Positions 24,270 through 36,402 of a stretch of DNA of 40,498 bases are shown here, piece after piece. Below the pieces are notes generated by a model. The model was not told the DNA's origin and made no database searches. It was given only the letters and a program-made list of their open reading frames with translations. A program made the translations under genes and the position numbers. Source of the stretch: Intoshia linei (Eukaryota; Animalia; Orthonectida); assembly GCA_001642005.1 (NCBI GenBank), contig LWCA01000212.1:1-40498 (forward strand). Reading direction: 5' to 3'. The first letter of the stretch is position 1. Every line of letters starts with the position of its first letter.

Positions 24270-25267
24270 AAATTTATATATGAATACTAAAATGCTTTTT
24301 TGACCGTAAAGTCATAAATTATTCGGATTGAAATTTTTTGTGTGTGTTAACAGGATACAACTGTACTATCAGAGTTGTTTTAAGGTATGGGAAATATGGG
24401 ATGCAGCCCAGGGCCATTTATTAAAAAAGGCCTCCATATTCATAAAAGTACTTTACACTTATCTATATCTTAAAAAGAGGCCCCCCAAGTTATTAAAAAA
24501 TACTTCACATTTATATCTTAAGAAACAGTTTATAAGTTTTGAAGTGTATGAATTTAAATAGCTAGAAAGAAAATAGTTTAACGAATTAAAGTTTTGGTAA
24601 ATTTTCAATTTAAAATATATTTTACAATGTTCATCATATAATAATTGATATAAAAACTGTTTCAAATGATAATATTAAATATTAAAACTTTTCTATTAAG
24701 TGAATATTCAAAAAAGAAAGTAGGAAATCTTCGATTTGATCTTATTAATTTTAAAAAAAGGGGCCCTAAATTTTTTTTATCGCTTCGCTCAAAACTTTAA
24801 AGGGCTCCGGTCCTTTGCCAGGGCCACAAAGTGGCTTATTACGGCTCTGTGTTCCACCTGTAAATTTTTTTAAATTCTATGGCTGTTTTCATTAAAAAAG
24901 AAGGCTAATTTGGGGTTTTGGCCCTGAAAATATAATTTTTTTAAATTTAAATTTATAATAATGTTTAATTTTAAAATCCGTATCAGCGTATATATATTTT
25001 TAAGTTCTCTAACTCGTTTGATTTTCAAAAAAAAAAATAATTTCGTTTTTGACCCGTAAGATGTGAGTTTGGGAGGTTGAAATTTATCTTATTATATGGG
25101 TTTTTGACCCTTAAGATGTGAAATTGGGAGGTTGAAATTTATCTTATTATACGCGGAAAAAACTAATTGAAATGATGACTTTATAAAATTCTAAGACTGG
25201 TAGTTATTTCAATAAAGTGGAACACACACACAAACAAAAATTGCGTAGCATATTATATAAGTAAGGA
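24270..25267 (-). mobile_element. Repeat family A copy, interrupted by a hAT MITE
   Basis: Colinear with 3225-3690 apart from the insert at 24370-24849 and a tandem duplication at about 25045-25150. Confidence 0.8.
24370..24849. mobile_element. hAT MITE, innermost element of the nest
   Basis: Imperfect TIRs CAGAGTTGTTTTAAG / CTTATTACGGCTCTG. The flanks TGTACTAT and TGTTCCAC both derive from the single TGTACCAC seen at the empty site in sister copies (3312, 23601), indicating an 8-bp TSD. GGGCC subterminal motifs are present. Confidence 0.85.
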
Positions 25268-26072
25268 TTATTAATTTCTGTTAAAAATTTTAAATTCCGA
25301 TTAATCGGATAATCGTTGTTCAAATAACCGGAATTATTCGATAGTCGGTTATTCAAATTTTCGAATAATCAGGACTCCATAGTATGTATGGAACAATTTG
25401 ATTGTTTGTTTTGATTATTGATAGTTTATTATAAGTATTATACGACTATGAGCTATATCGATGGTTATTATACTGAAAACTCCTCGAACCACCGTTTCAC
25501 CCCAAATTAATAATTTATAACAAAATTTAGCAAACTATTTATTTTATAATGAAAAAAAGTTAAGTTGTCAAATTTCAGAGAATAAAATTTCTGATAAAAC
25601 GCTCATTGCAAAATTATAAATTTAATAATTACGCTAGGGCTAGCGCTCACAGGGGTCATATTCAGAATGTCGGGATTAAGTTGTCAATCTAAAAATATTA
25701 TTAAAAAATTAATTTTGAAGAAACCAATAAAGTGTGTTTTATTTAGTAATACACCTATTTTTTTAATTGCCATATACGTTTTGAATATGTGGAGACCGAT
25801 TACTTATGTGTAGTTATTAGTCATAACTATCATTTCAACAGTCATTGAAATGTAAAATCAAGTTACAACCCTGATATATAATGGGTACATGCATTGTGTA
25901 CATAGCATTTAATATTCCTTACAATGTTGACAAATTGTGCTAATTTGTACTTAACTGAGTCAGGGGTTAATGCGAATTTGTGTCACTAAATATTTAATAA
26001 CAATTTACTATTTCGGTACAGGAATGTAAAAAATCTAGTTGCAATGTTTTTAAATTTACGTACAAATATATA

Positions 26073-27136
26073 ATGACAATATTTACACAGTAAACATTGA
26101 CATCTGTAATTTATTTCCCATTTACCCAAAGTAACAGCATGAAAAAACATTTAGAAGTGAACAATATATTATCAAAAATGGAAAAGAAATTTATCGGAGG
26201 GGTATATTTAAATTTGAAATTTTTATATGGTTGCATTATTTTACAAAAATTGTTAAAATTTTTCCATTAGCTATTGACCAACAAACGCGCTAGGAAAAAA
26301 ATTGTAAAAAAAGAAGTTGTAACTATGTTGAAAACGCTTGATAAACAATTGGTCAACATTTCTCATCCGAAAAAAGGAAAGTTTATACAGTGGATCATAA
26401 AGCTGTCCTACTATATTGGACATTATGGGTACAATGGAAAATTTAAAAATAAAGAAGGTAATTCTTGAGAATTAGCAACGTTAAGTCTGTAATACATTGG
26501 TAAACAAGTCTTGTCGTGACATATGCCACATACAAGTCACCATTAATATTTCAATTATTAATTTTCATTACATTAATCTTTACAAGATTGTATATTTTTG
26601 GCAAGAATTTAATAAATTTTTTAATTTACACTAGTAGATTTTTTGATTTGGATTAAATTGCAATGACCTTTGGATCAGTCGTTGTAACGATAACAATATC
26701 ATATATAAAAAATATTCCAGATTTTTTTTCGAAATGCAGCGAAAAAATGTTATGGTACCTGAATTTTTACACACACTATACAAGGTTGAATACCAGTTAT
26801 ATACAAATTAAATTAATTAAAAATCTAGACGATAAAACTCTTCAAGCCTTGTTTAACAACTATGAAAAACTATCAAACACCTTTACATTTATGAATCTAA
26901 CCGCTTTTTCATTTGACGCTGAAAGTCTAGTGATATACATTAATCAATGCTTGTCATACGTGGAAATTTTGATTAAAAAGTATTTACCTCAAAAAAGCTA
27001 TGAAAAATACTCCACCTTGACATCAAATATTGTTACACCTAAATTTATTGTATCCGTATTCGAAAACGAAAAACTACGAAATGAAATACAAATTATATTT
27101 GATATTAAATCAAGTGACAGTGACAAATCTGAATAG
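26073..27136 (+). CDS. TNFAIP8/TIPE-family (DUF758) protein, highly diverged
   Basis: Exons (26073-26089), 26138-26201, 26271-26457 and 26829-27136 splice in frame, with an alternative start at 26139. MEKKFIGGLLTNKRARKKIV..MLKTL, FIQWIIKLSYYIGHYGYNGKFKNKE and TFTFMNLTAFSFDAESLVIYINQCLSYVEILIKKYLPQKSYEK align by eye with TIPE motifs AQKKILGKM, IIKNLIK..KL..LYRNNQF and SFxxVDFTFDRxVL...EC...HLTxKSHGR. Confidence 0.75.
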
Positions 27137-27275
27137 ATTATCAAAATTTTATAAAAATAAATTTTGATAAAATAAACGTTATACGTTTTGTAAAATAATC
27201 AAGGTTAATAGATTAATTAATAGAAAATTATATTAAATATTAAAATAAACAAAATCAAATATTATATATTTGTTA

Positions 27276-28683
27276 TCAATTTCTTCGATGTCTGTGTCGA
27301 GATCTGGATCTCGATTTATTTTCCCTATTTCTTTTGGGGCTTTTATTGCGTCTATAAGAATCTCTGTCACTATCCATAGATACGGAACGCCCCTTTTTAG
27401 TTCGAGAAATTCTAGATTCACCTCCCAATCCTCCACCTAAATTTGACATTAAAAAAATCATTGACATTTAACCGAGTCGTCTAGGTCTCCAACCTTTGAC
27501 TGTTCGACCTCTTTCGTAGTCGACTAAAATTCGACGACCGTTAATTTTTTTACCATCAGCTCGTTTATAGGCGTCTATAATAAAATTGGTAATATTATCA
27601 TTAAATGCTACTCTTCATGTCTCTTTCTCGTTCATACTCAATAAAACAATATCCTCTTGGTTTATTCTCCAACGTCTTGATAAGTCTAATCTACGTAACT
27701 CAATTAAAAATTTTCATACAATTTAAAAACCCTTTTAATCTTCCCATAAGCTTCAAATTCGTGTTTTATATCAGATTCTTTCAATTTATATGACTAAATG
27801 GTTAACGATAAACATTATTTTACATTTAAATTACCAGTCTAGCAACAAATAAAGTTTTGTAAGGGTCCTTACTAGCATTACTCATTTCTTTTGGATTCCC
27901 TAAAATTATAAAGTAACTTGACACTATTCAATATGGTCAGTGATCATTGGTCAATTTATAATAATGGTTCCAAATTAGTTTGTATCTTGCATGATTCAAA
28001 TTTACCAAAAATATATTTGATTTACAAATGGTTAATGGCGGTCATGAAATGATAAAATTAAAATAGACAAAAATAAAATGACTACTAATTTTCAAGGTTT
28101 ATCAGATACCTGTTACTACTCATATTTTTTAAGTTTTAACGGTATGAAACCAATTTTGTTAAAATCTCAAAATAGTAGACCCATTATTCATTGCACTACA
28201 AGACTATGAACACCTCTTTAGAAATATACATAAAATAATAATACTCACACATAAGTGCGGCTTTTTCTAAATCATCAGCGTGTTTTTTCATTCGTTCCTT
28301 TTTCTAAAAAAATTAATACAAATTATTACATTTATAGTTACAATTCTGCTGTTTCTCTGCTTTCTAGTTTCAAACGGTTTAGCTGGAGGTGTGTCTGCGG
28401 GGTCCTAAATTATATTATAAATATGTTTACATAGTACAGTATTATCTCTATAATTTGACAATATTGGTGAATCCCAACTTGCGATTTAATGAATATTTGC
28501 AAATTAGAGAAACAAAACGGTATAAATTAAATTGATTACTTCAAAATTTGACAACAATTGAGATACACCATTATAGAATACAGGCCGTTTTTCACTCGGT
28601 AATAAGTGTGATGGAGTCAAGTAAGGTATCGGATTATCTGGTGCAAATAATTGCAACAAGTTTGGAGGTAGATATGCTGTCAT
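27276..28683 (-). CDS. SNRNP70: U1 snRNP 70 kDa protein (243 aa, 8 exons)
   Basis: Exons 28683-28540, 28404-28342, 28303-28249, 27899-27835, 27793-27731, 27690-27612, 27574-27473 and 27436-27276. Peptide: [20 protein letters not shown]; [13 protein letters not shown]; [11 protein letters not shown]; [39 protein letters not shown]; then a short RS-rich tail. Confidence 0.97.
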
Positions 28684-28763
28684 TTTAATGTATCCTCAAA
28701 TTTTGTATATTTATTTCAATTTAAAATGTAAACTTTATTTTTCATTTCAATAACGATTGTCGT

Positions 28764-28942
28764 CAGAGTTGCCAGAAAGTGCGTTCATCGTACATTTCCA
28801 TTGGTTATGTACATTTTCCAACGCACTTCTTAAACTTCCACGCTTATATATTTTTATAAACTATGCAATTTTATAGCTCAATTATATTTTTAAAATAAAA
28901 AGTTTAGTTTTTTGTTGTAATATTTTAATTATCACTTGTTCA
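28764..28942. repeat. Direct repeat of 40101-40279 (about 179 bp), abutting the N at 28944
   Basis: Near-identical sequence CAGAGTTGCCAGAAAGTGC...TTTAATTATCACT occurs in both places. The 40.1 kb copy adjoins a piggyBac remnant. Confidence 0.9.
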
Positions 28943-28944
28943 CN

Positions 28945-31900
28945 TGTAAATTATGTAAAATTGGGTATTATAAAGACAATGATTTACCGAATCATGAGTG
29001 CTTACCGTGCCCATTTAGTTTTACCACTTTTAGTATAGGTTCTACGACAATCGATGATTGTAGTCTACAAAAATGTGGGTTGGGTATGGAGAGCGTTTTT
29101 AGTAAATGCACCCCTTGTGCAATTGGGACATATAAGAACAATGATATAATTGGAGAAGGTTGTCAAGATTGTCCCACTACGTTCATAACGGAAATTATTG
29201 GAGCAAAATCTGTTAGTGACTGTTACATTCAAGTGTGCCCTCTGGGACAAGAATCGATTAGGAATATCTGCTCGGTGTGCAAAATAGGTTTCTATAAGGA
29301 CAATGAATTACCTGAACACCGATGTACACCGTGTCCCCCTTCATTCACAACTTTGACTACGGAATCAATAGCAATTAGTGATTGTAATATTAAAAAATGT
29401 GATTTAGGTATGGAAAATATCTTGAATGTTTGTATTCCTTGCCCAATAGGTAAATATAAAGACAATGCTTTTGTCGATGTAGAATGTATCGATTGCCCAA
29501 AAACTTTCACAACAACGAGTACTGGTTCCATATCTCTATCCAATTGTAATATTCAAATTTGTCAACCAGGTTATCAATCCATCTTTAAAATTTGTGTTCC
29601 ATGTGAAATTGGATATTACAAAAGTAATAATTACCCCAATGAACAATGTATACCGTGTCCATACAACTATTTAACATTTGATATACATTCCACATCATTT
29701 TCTGATTGTAACATACTGATTTGCGATGAAGGTTTAGAAGAAAGTGACGGAAGGTGTCAACAATGCAATCTAGGTTTTTATAAAGACAACAAAGGAATCG
29801 GAGAAATGTGTATTCCTTGTCCAAATAATTATACTACAAAAAGCACTGGATCAGTTTCCGAAAGTGATTGTAGTTTATTAATTTGCAATAAAGGCGAAGA
29901 AGATATACTGGGTATATGCACGCCGTGCGAAATTGGATATTATAAGGATGTTGTAATATACCAGTATAGATGTTTGCTATGCCCTCCTTCATATACAACT
30001 GAATTTATTGGGTCGACTGATAAATCAAATTGCAGTATCCGGAGTTGTCCACGGGGTTATTACTACAAAAATAAAAATTGTGTATCATGTCCTATTGGAA
30101 CATTTAAAAATAATGATAATTTTGATACAGAATGTGAAATCTGTCCAGACTCTTATACTACTAAACATACATCGTCAGAAAATATTGATGATTGTAACCA
30201 ACATTATTGTGAATTAGGTCTTTATAGTGTCAACGAAATTTGTGAATATTGTCCAATAGCTACATATAAAAATACTAAAATTGCTAATATTGGCTGTCGG
30301 CCTTGTCCAAAAGATTTTACTACGGAAGGAGCTGGTTCAACTTCTCTGTATGACTGCAAAATTCGAATTTGTAATTCAGGCTATCAGAGTAATAATGGTG
30401 AATGTGAGCCTTGCTCTGTTGGGTTTTACAAAGATACGTACAGTTCTACAAATTGTATTCAATGTTATGATGACAGATTAACCTTGTATCCGGCGTCAAC
30501 GTCTATAGCTGACTGCATTATTGGTATTTTATAAATTGTGGCAATATATTATTATACATTTGTTAAGCTCATCATATTTATATACATTATAAATATAGAA
30601 AATTATAGTTCATTTTATCATAGGGGCGCTGATTTAGAAATTTATGAATTATGGTGGAATGAGGCGTTGGTTTAAAAAAGGTTGAGAACCCCTATCTTAG
30701 TATACACAGTTCAGTATATATGTGTATATTACACATGCAGATATTAAGCTGAAATTTCAATATTATATATATAGTAACCGTAGTATTAATAATATTTCAA
30801 TTAGAAAATTGTGACGGAGGTTACTATTTCGACCTGAAAACGAAAACTTGTATAGAATGCGGCATTGGCTATTACCGAGATAAAATTTCAACATCTTTAA
30901 AATGTAACAAGTGCAAGGAAGGTTACATTACATTATTGGAAATATCATTAAGTGAATTTGACTGCAATATTGGTAACAAATTTATAGTGAATTATGTATA
31001 AATATTTATAGTCATGTGTGAACCGGGAAGCATGCGTATCGATGAGGATACTTGTAAAAAATGCAAAATTGGATATTATCAACCTAAAAAATGGCAGACA
31101 AATTGTATTGAGTGTCCTTTTCCATTAACAACAATCAATCAAGGCTCGACGGATGAAGATGACTGCATATGTAATTTATATACTACTTGCTCGACTGTTA
31201 CGTACTTTGCAAAAACATTACATAGGTCTTTCTAGGGATTGAAACCGACTCAAAAAATCGGAGTCGATATTTTCTGTCGGAGTCGACTCAAATCGACTCA
31301 TAAATATTTTATTCAAAAATCTTAATAAAGCTATCATGCACTTTATATTATTTTTCTTAATTGTGAGTTCACTTAAAAAAATGGATCTCATAATTTTATT
31401 CAATCTTTAAATTTTTTTAATATTTCCTAATTCGTTATTTTAATAAAATCAAATTTATTTTTACATTTAAATTTGAATTATCTAATGAAAAATATTTAAA
31501 CTAATTAAACTCAATATTTTTGATTAAATAAATTGACTATACTGTTTACATATTTGCCGAGTCGATTCGAATCGACTCGGTTCCGTCGCCTAGCTCTGTC
31601 TAAGTCGAACTCTTTAATTCTACCAAAAAAATAAATTCATTAGTAAAATATTTTATATAAATGCTACTATATACTATTACCAATCCTTTAAACTTTAAAG
31701 GATAGGTTCCCAAACTTGTATTACTAAATTTTATTACATTATGCTGGTATGATCTAAAATAATATTATATATAGTTTATAACTAAATATAGTTAATTGTC
31801 CTTCTGGCTTTGAACAAAAGTTCGAAAAATTAGAATGTAAATCTTGCAATATAGGATATTATCGAAACAATAATCATAATTTAAAATGTCTTAAATGTCC

Positions 31901-34016
31901 AGATGGATATACTACAATGTACAAAGAATCAACATCTCTAGATGATTGTTCAGTTCGTAAGTTAATCTTGTGTAATGTATTTAATAAATTTAGCAAATTG
32001 TGGAAGTGGAGAATATATACAAAACAATAAATGCGTCAAGTGTCCAATCGGAAGTTTTTCAGATACTATTGGTCAACAATTTCTATGTACTCCTTGTCCA
32101 AGAAACTTTACAACTGAATTTCCTGGTTCAACATCACAACTTGATTGTTTTAGTAACTATTTAATTAATTCGTTGCATATGCATTTGGTATTATATTAAT
32201 AAAATTATGATGATGATTCATTATAACAGTTTAATAACCGCAACAAGTTGTTTTAATTCTTGGTTTTATGTTAGTTTTTTAATAAAATTCGATAATAATA
32301 TAATTAAAAGTTTCAAATGTCCAATCAATGTTTTTTCAAACAAAATTATCGTGTTCATATTAAGCTGATTTCATATTCTAAGATGTTCATATATAACAGA
32401 ATTGACTGTATATTCAACATGAGAAAAGTTGAAATATAATAATATTAAAAAACGTGTAATTATTATATTATTATTATCTATATGATTATTACTATTTTTA
32501 AAATTTTTACATTTTTAGTATCACAATGCAAAAACAAAAAACACAACTGCGGACCATATCACTTAGGAAATATTTGTATTGATATAGAAGGTGGTTTCAT
32601 GTGTCAATGTCGCAAGGGATGGAAAAAAATTAATTCACAATGCATACGTATGTCTCAACTTTTGAATTTTAACCCTTAGACACTACGAGCCATATTTTGT
32701 AGTATAAAATTGCAATGCAAATATCATTTATATGAAAACTATAAATATTTTAAAAGCTACAATCAAATTTAAAAATACGGCTAATTAGAAAAATTTAAGA
32801 CTCAAATTTTGTATTGTGTATCAATACACTTTTCTTTATAATAAGGTACTTGTGTACTTAGTCTAAATAATAAAATATCGAATCGAATCGAAACCTAAAT
32901 TCTCAGATCTGAGTAATTTTAATATTATTGAAATGTGAAATTAATCACATCTGGGTCTCTAGTGTCTAAGACATGTAAAACCTATGGTCATCGGGTGATC
33001 AATTAATGGCCCTTTGGCAATTTTGATAAATTAAAATTTAAATTGTGAGATACCATCTTTAATAATATGACTTAAGTCATAAAATAAAATGTATACCAAT
33101 TACAGTAACAGTATCTATTACTACTGAGGAAACAATAGGAATAATCATCTTGAAAATTTATTTTATTTAGCAAACTATAAAAATGAAGAAAATCAGTTGA
33201 TTTTTCCATGTTAAAAACTTGAGTGGTCCGATTCAGTCGAGAATAAAAACAAATTATTTCTCAATTAAGTGTTTTTATACAAAACTACACAAAATCTATC
33301 TAAACATATTGTCAATCTTGAAATTTTTGAAAATTTGAAACACCCTAATATATAATAATAATAATCTGTGCAAAATTGAATTTTAAGATCAAACAATACT
33401 AATATTAAATCTAAAGTTCACTTATTACTATCACTCTAATAACATGTTTAAATAATTTTTGACTGTATGAAATGGTTAGTACATATACATATTTACATGT
33501 GATATAAAATTAATAATGTATGTGACATCCATTTCTAAAATATTTGTAGATCTTTGTGATGCAAACTACTGCGAAAATGGTGGTATATGTGACAGATCAA
33601 ATATAGAAATGCCCATATGTCATTGCCCTGAAAATTACGGTGGACCGAAGTGTAGTGACTATAACGACAATTCGTGGTGTATGTTTTTATGTTAAGTATC
33701 AATCAAGATTTTCAATTTCATAATATGCTATTGATATTGAATTTATACATAACATACTTCTTTTAATATAAATATAGATAAGAATATAATCATTGGCGCC
33801 ATTGTTATAGCTGTTGGATTCACTGTAGTCGGTGGAATAATTTTGCTGGTCAAATACATTTTACCTCAATTTGGTAAAAACATTACACCAAAAATAGAAT
33901 ACATAAATCCTGAATTCGCCTCAAACCCATATCCAGCAACAAACAAAATAGGATCCAACAGTGGTCCCTTCCAACAAAGAAACAACCCCCAATTTCAATT
34001 TTATGATGAATTATAA
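28945..34016 (+). CDS. 5'-truncated type I membrane protein: at least 14 GCC2/GCC3 (ephrin-receptor-like) Cys-rich repeats, 2 EGF domains, TM helix, short tail
   Basis: Exons 28945-30523, 30805-30972, 31012-31170, 31792-31956, 31994-32152, 32519-32647, 33550-33678 and 33778-34016, all joined by phase-1 GT-AG introns. The repeat of about 54 aa is CxxG..CxxCxxGxYK..CxxCPxx(F/Y)TT..GS..xxDC. EGF domains: CKNKKHNC..CIDIEGGFMCQCRKGW and CENGGIC..CHCPENYGGPKC. TM: IIIGAIVIAVGFTVVGGIILLV. The tail ends FYDEL*. Confidence 0.9.
31233..31592. mobile_element. hAT-like MITE with CGACTC/GAGTCG subterminal motifs, intronic
   Basis: Ends are TAGGG / GCCTA. Clustered CGACTC/GAGTCG motifs lie on both arms. 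The flanks GGTCTTTC / GCTCTGTC are a degenerate 8-bp TSD. Confidence 0.65.
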
Positions 34017-34679
34017 AAAAATTTTATTAAATAAATAATTAATACAAAATTTTGTGTAGTATAATTAAGAATGTTCACTTTTATTAAATTGAATGTTTCC
34101 ATATTTTAACTAAATTTATTATATAAATCTAAATATATTATTATAAATATCATCATTTCTAACTAACTTACTCAATATAAGTAAGGATAATATTGTTTGT
34201 GATGAGAAACCATTGTCAAATTAATAATAACCACCTTTAATGCTATATTAACCTAAATGCTATTTTGTCTTAGCGAAAAAATATATTATCTGATGTAGAC
34301 ACCATAAAAGGTTTTTAAGACAATTATAGCTGATTCATTTAATATTACGTGGTCAAGAGTAAGTTACATTACACATTCAGTTGTATAAGTTTTTTGTAAA
34401 CCGAATAAAAAAAATTAAATATATTTTATTCTTACATTACATTTATCTATTTCTACTTTTCTTACAGATTCACATAGAAAAATATGTTCATCATTATAGT
34501 ATATTGTCAGACCTCTCAATATCGCTAATTCTCAATGCCGCCACCCCTCAATATCACCATTATATTTCATTTTTATAACGAACTTATAAGAAAATTTCTC
34601 ATTACCGCCACAATTTAAAAATATTTCAAAAATAAATTGATTTAAAATGAGTTAAATCATTAATTTAAAATCATGAATA

Positions 34680-35430
34680 TCCTTACTTATATATACTTAT
34701 ATAACTTATATAATATGCTACGCAATATTTGTTTTTGTGTGTTCCACTATTTCAATAACTACCAGTCTTAGAATTTTTTAAAGTACACATTTCAATTACA
34801 GTTTTTTCCGGGTAATAATAAGATAAATTTCAACCTCCCAAACTCACATCTTACAGATCAAAAACCCCAATTGTTTATTTTTTGAAAATCAAACGACTTA
34901 GAGAATTTAAAAAAACATATAGGCTGATACTAATTTTAAAATGATAAACATTATCATAAACTTAAATTTAAAAAAATTATATCTTCAGGTGGTACAGTTT
35001 TATCCTGTTAATACGCACAAAAAATTTCAATCCGAATAAATAATGACGTCACGGTCAAAATAGCATTTTAGTATTCATATATTTTTTTTCGAAATATTTT
35101 ATTAAAACAAAGAATGTAAAAATTAAAAAAAAGAAAATTCTGATAGTGCTTATTCCAGTTGATATAAATCCAAAATTTCAACCCCAGAAATCTACGTATT
35201 CCCAGTGAAAAATCCTTTTTAATATATTATCAACCAATATTTTTCAAATATTTTGATTAAAATAAAAATGAAAATGCAAATTAATCCTACAATTTTAAAA
35301 CAAAACTGTGTATTGAACGTCTATATATTTCCAATAAAGAAATATGGGTGAAAATCTATATAATTCATTCCTTCGTAATTTTTTTCATTGCTACGCAATT
35401 TTTAAATTTCAAATTCTCATTTCAAAACAT
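34680..35430 (+). mobile_element. Repeat family A copy with intact TC terminus
   Basis: Starts A|TCCTTACTTATATA and is the reverse complement of about 2865-3690 with an internal deletion. Confidence 0.8.
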
Positions 35431-35448
35431 TCAATCTAACAGTTTGAA

Positions 35449-35606
35449 TAAAGTGGCCAGAAAAATACGTACTATCACTTTTAGTTTATTTGGAATAAAT
35501 TTTAAGCCGAAAATTTTTATTCGTCATCATTAATAAGTAGTTTTGGCTTTACATTTATCACCAAATAAACTAAAATTGATAGTACGTATTTTTTCTGGAA
35601 CCTTTA
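35449..35606. repeat. Short hairpin/fold-back element
   Basis: CCAGAAAAATACGTACTATCA.TTTTAGTTTATTTGG is mirrored by CCAAATAAACTAAAA.TGATAGTACGTATTTTTTCTGG around a short loop. Confidence 0.75.
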
Positions 35607-36402
35607 GTTTAAATGTAAATAAAATTTAAATAAAAACTACAACAACAAAACTAAAAGTCACAACTTAGTACATAACAGTCAACCTAGTAAAATTATATTA
35701 TGGTCATACTATTTAAAACATAAATATATATATTTTATTAAATTTTAAATTTAAACGATTAAATTTTATTTATTTAAATTTACATTTTTTACTTTTAAAT
35801 TTACAAAACATACAACTCTTCGTTACTTTCTCCAGTTTAATTTTTTTTAAACCAATTTTTGTTTGATCATACGTATCAATTAAATAGTTTATACACTCTA
35901 TAGAAAATGAGTGAATGCAACAAATCAGTCCAAATCTATTTTCATGAATAGCAATTGAAGTTATCTACATTATATTGTTGTAATTCCAAAAAATTGTAAA
36001 AAGAAATTGAATTATTATCTACTTATTTTAAATATTATATTAATAATTATATACATGAAATAATATTAATCATTAAATTATTGTCGATTAAATATTTTTG
36101 TTACATAAAAAAATAATGTAAGAGAGAAAAAGACTAAGAGAGAGGGAATGATGAAATAATTATGTAATTTTTTTTTATATTATGGACCGTGAAATTTGTA
36201 AAATATATTTTTTGGCCCTCACTCCCATATATTTGGACCACCCTAAGCATTGTTTTTGGTATACGATAATAATTTTGCTTGTTTTTAATTGTACTTAATT
36301 TAATTTAGTCTATGATCAATATTTTTTGGAGAGCGATAATCCTGAAAAAATTAAAACATTTTCCTCTAATGGTTCAACAAAGGTAGAGAATCCCTGACCT
36401 AG

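Larger units (their letters stand above)
24174..25381. mobile_element. hAT-like MITE, outer element of a triple nest
   Basis: Perfect 8-bp TSD GTATGTAT (24166-24173 and 25382-25389). Ends are TAGGGAAT / ACTCCATA. CCGATTAATCG subterminal motifs are repeated on both arms. Confidence 0.8.

Noticed and set aside
26663-26828. N-terminal part of the 157-aa ORF as coding sequence
   Set aside because: The TIPE alignment and phase favour the acceptor at 26828, which makes this stretch intronic.
29065-30481. Alternative-frame and antisense ORFs inside the repeat exon
   Set aside because: They are shadows of the main Cys-rich reading frame.
34002-34013. C-terminal YDEL as a KDEL-type ER retention signal
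   Set aside because: It lies on the predicted cytoplasmic side of the TM helix, whereas KDEL signals act in the lumen.
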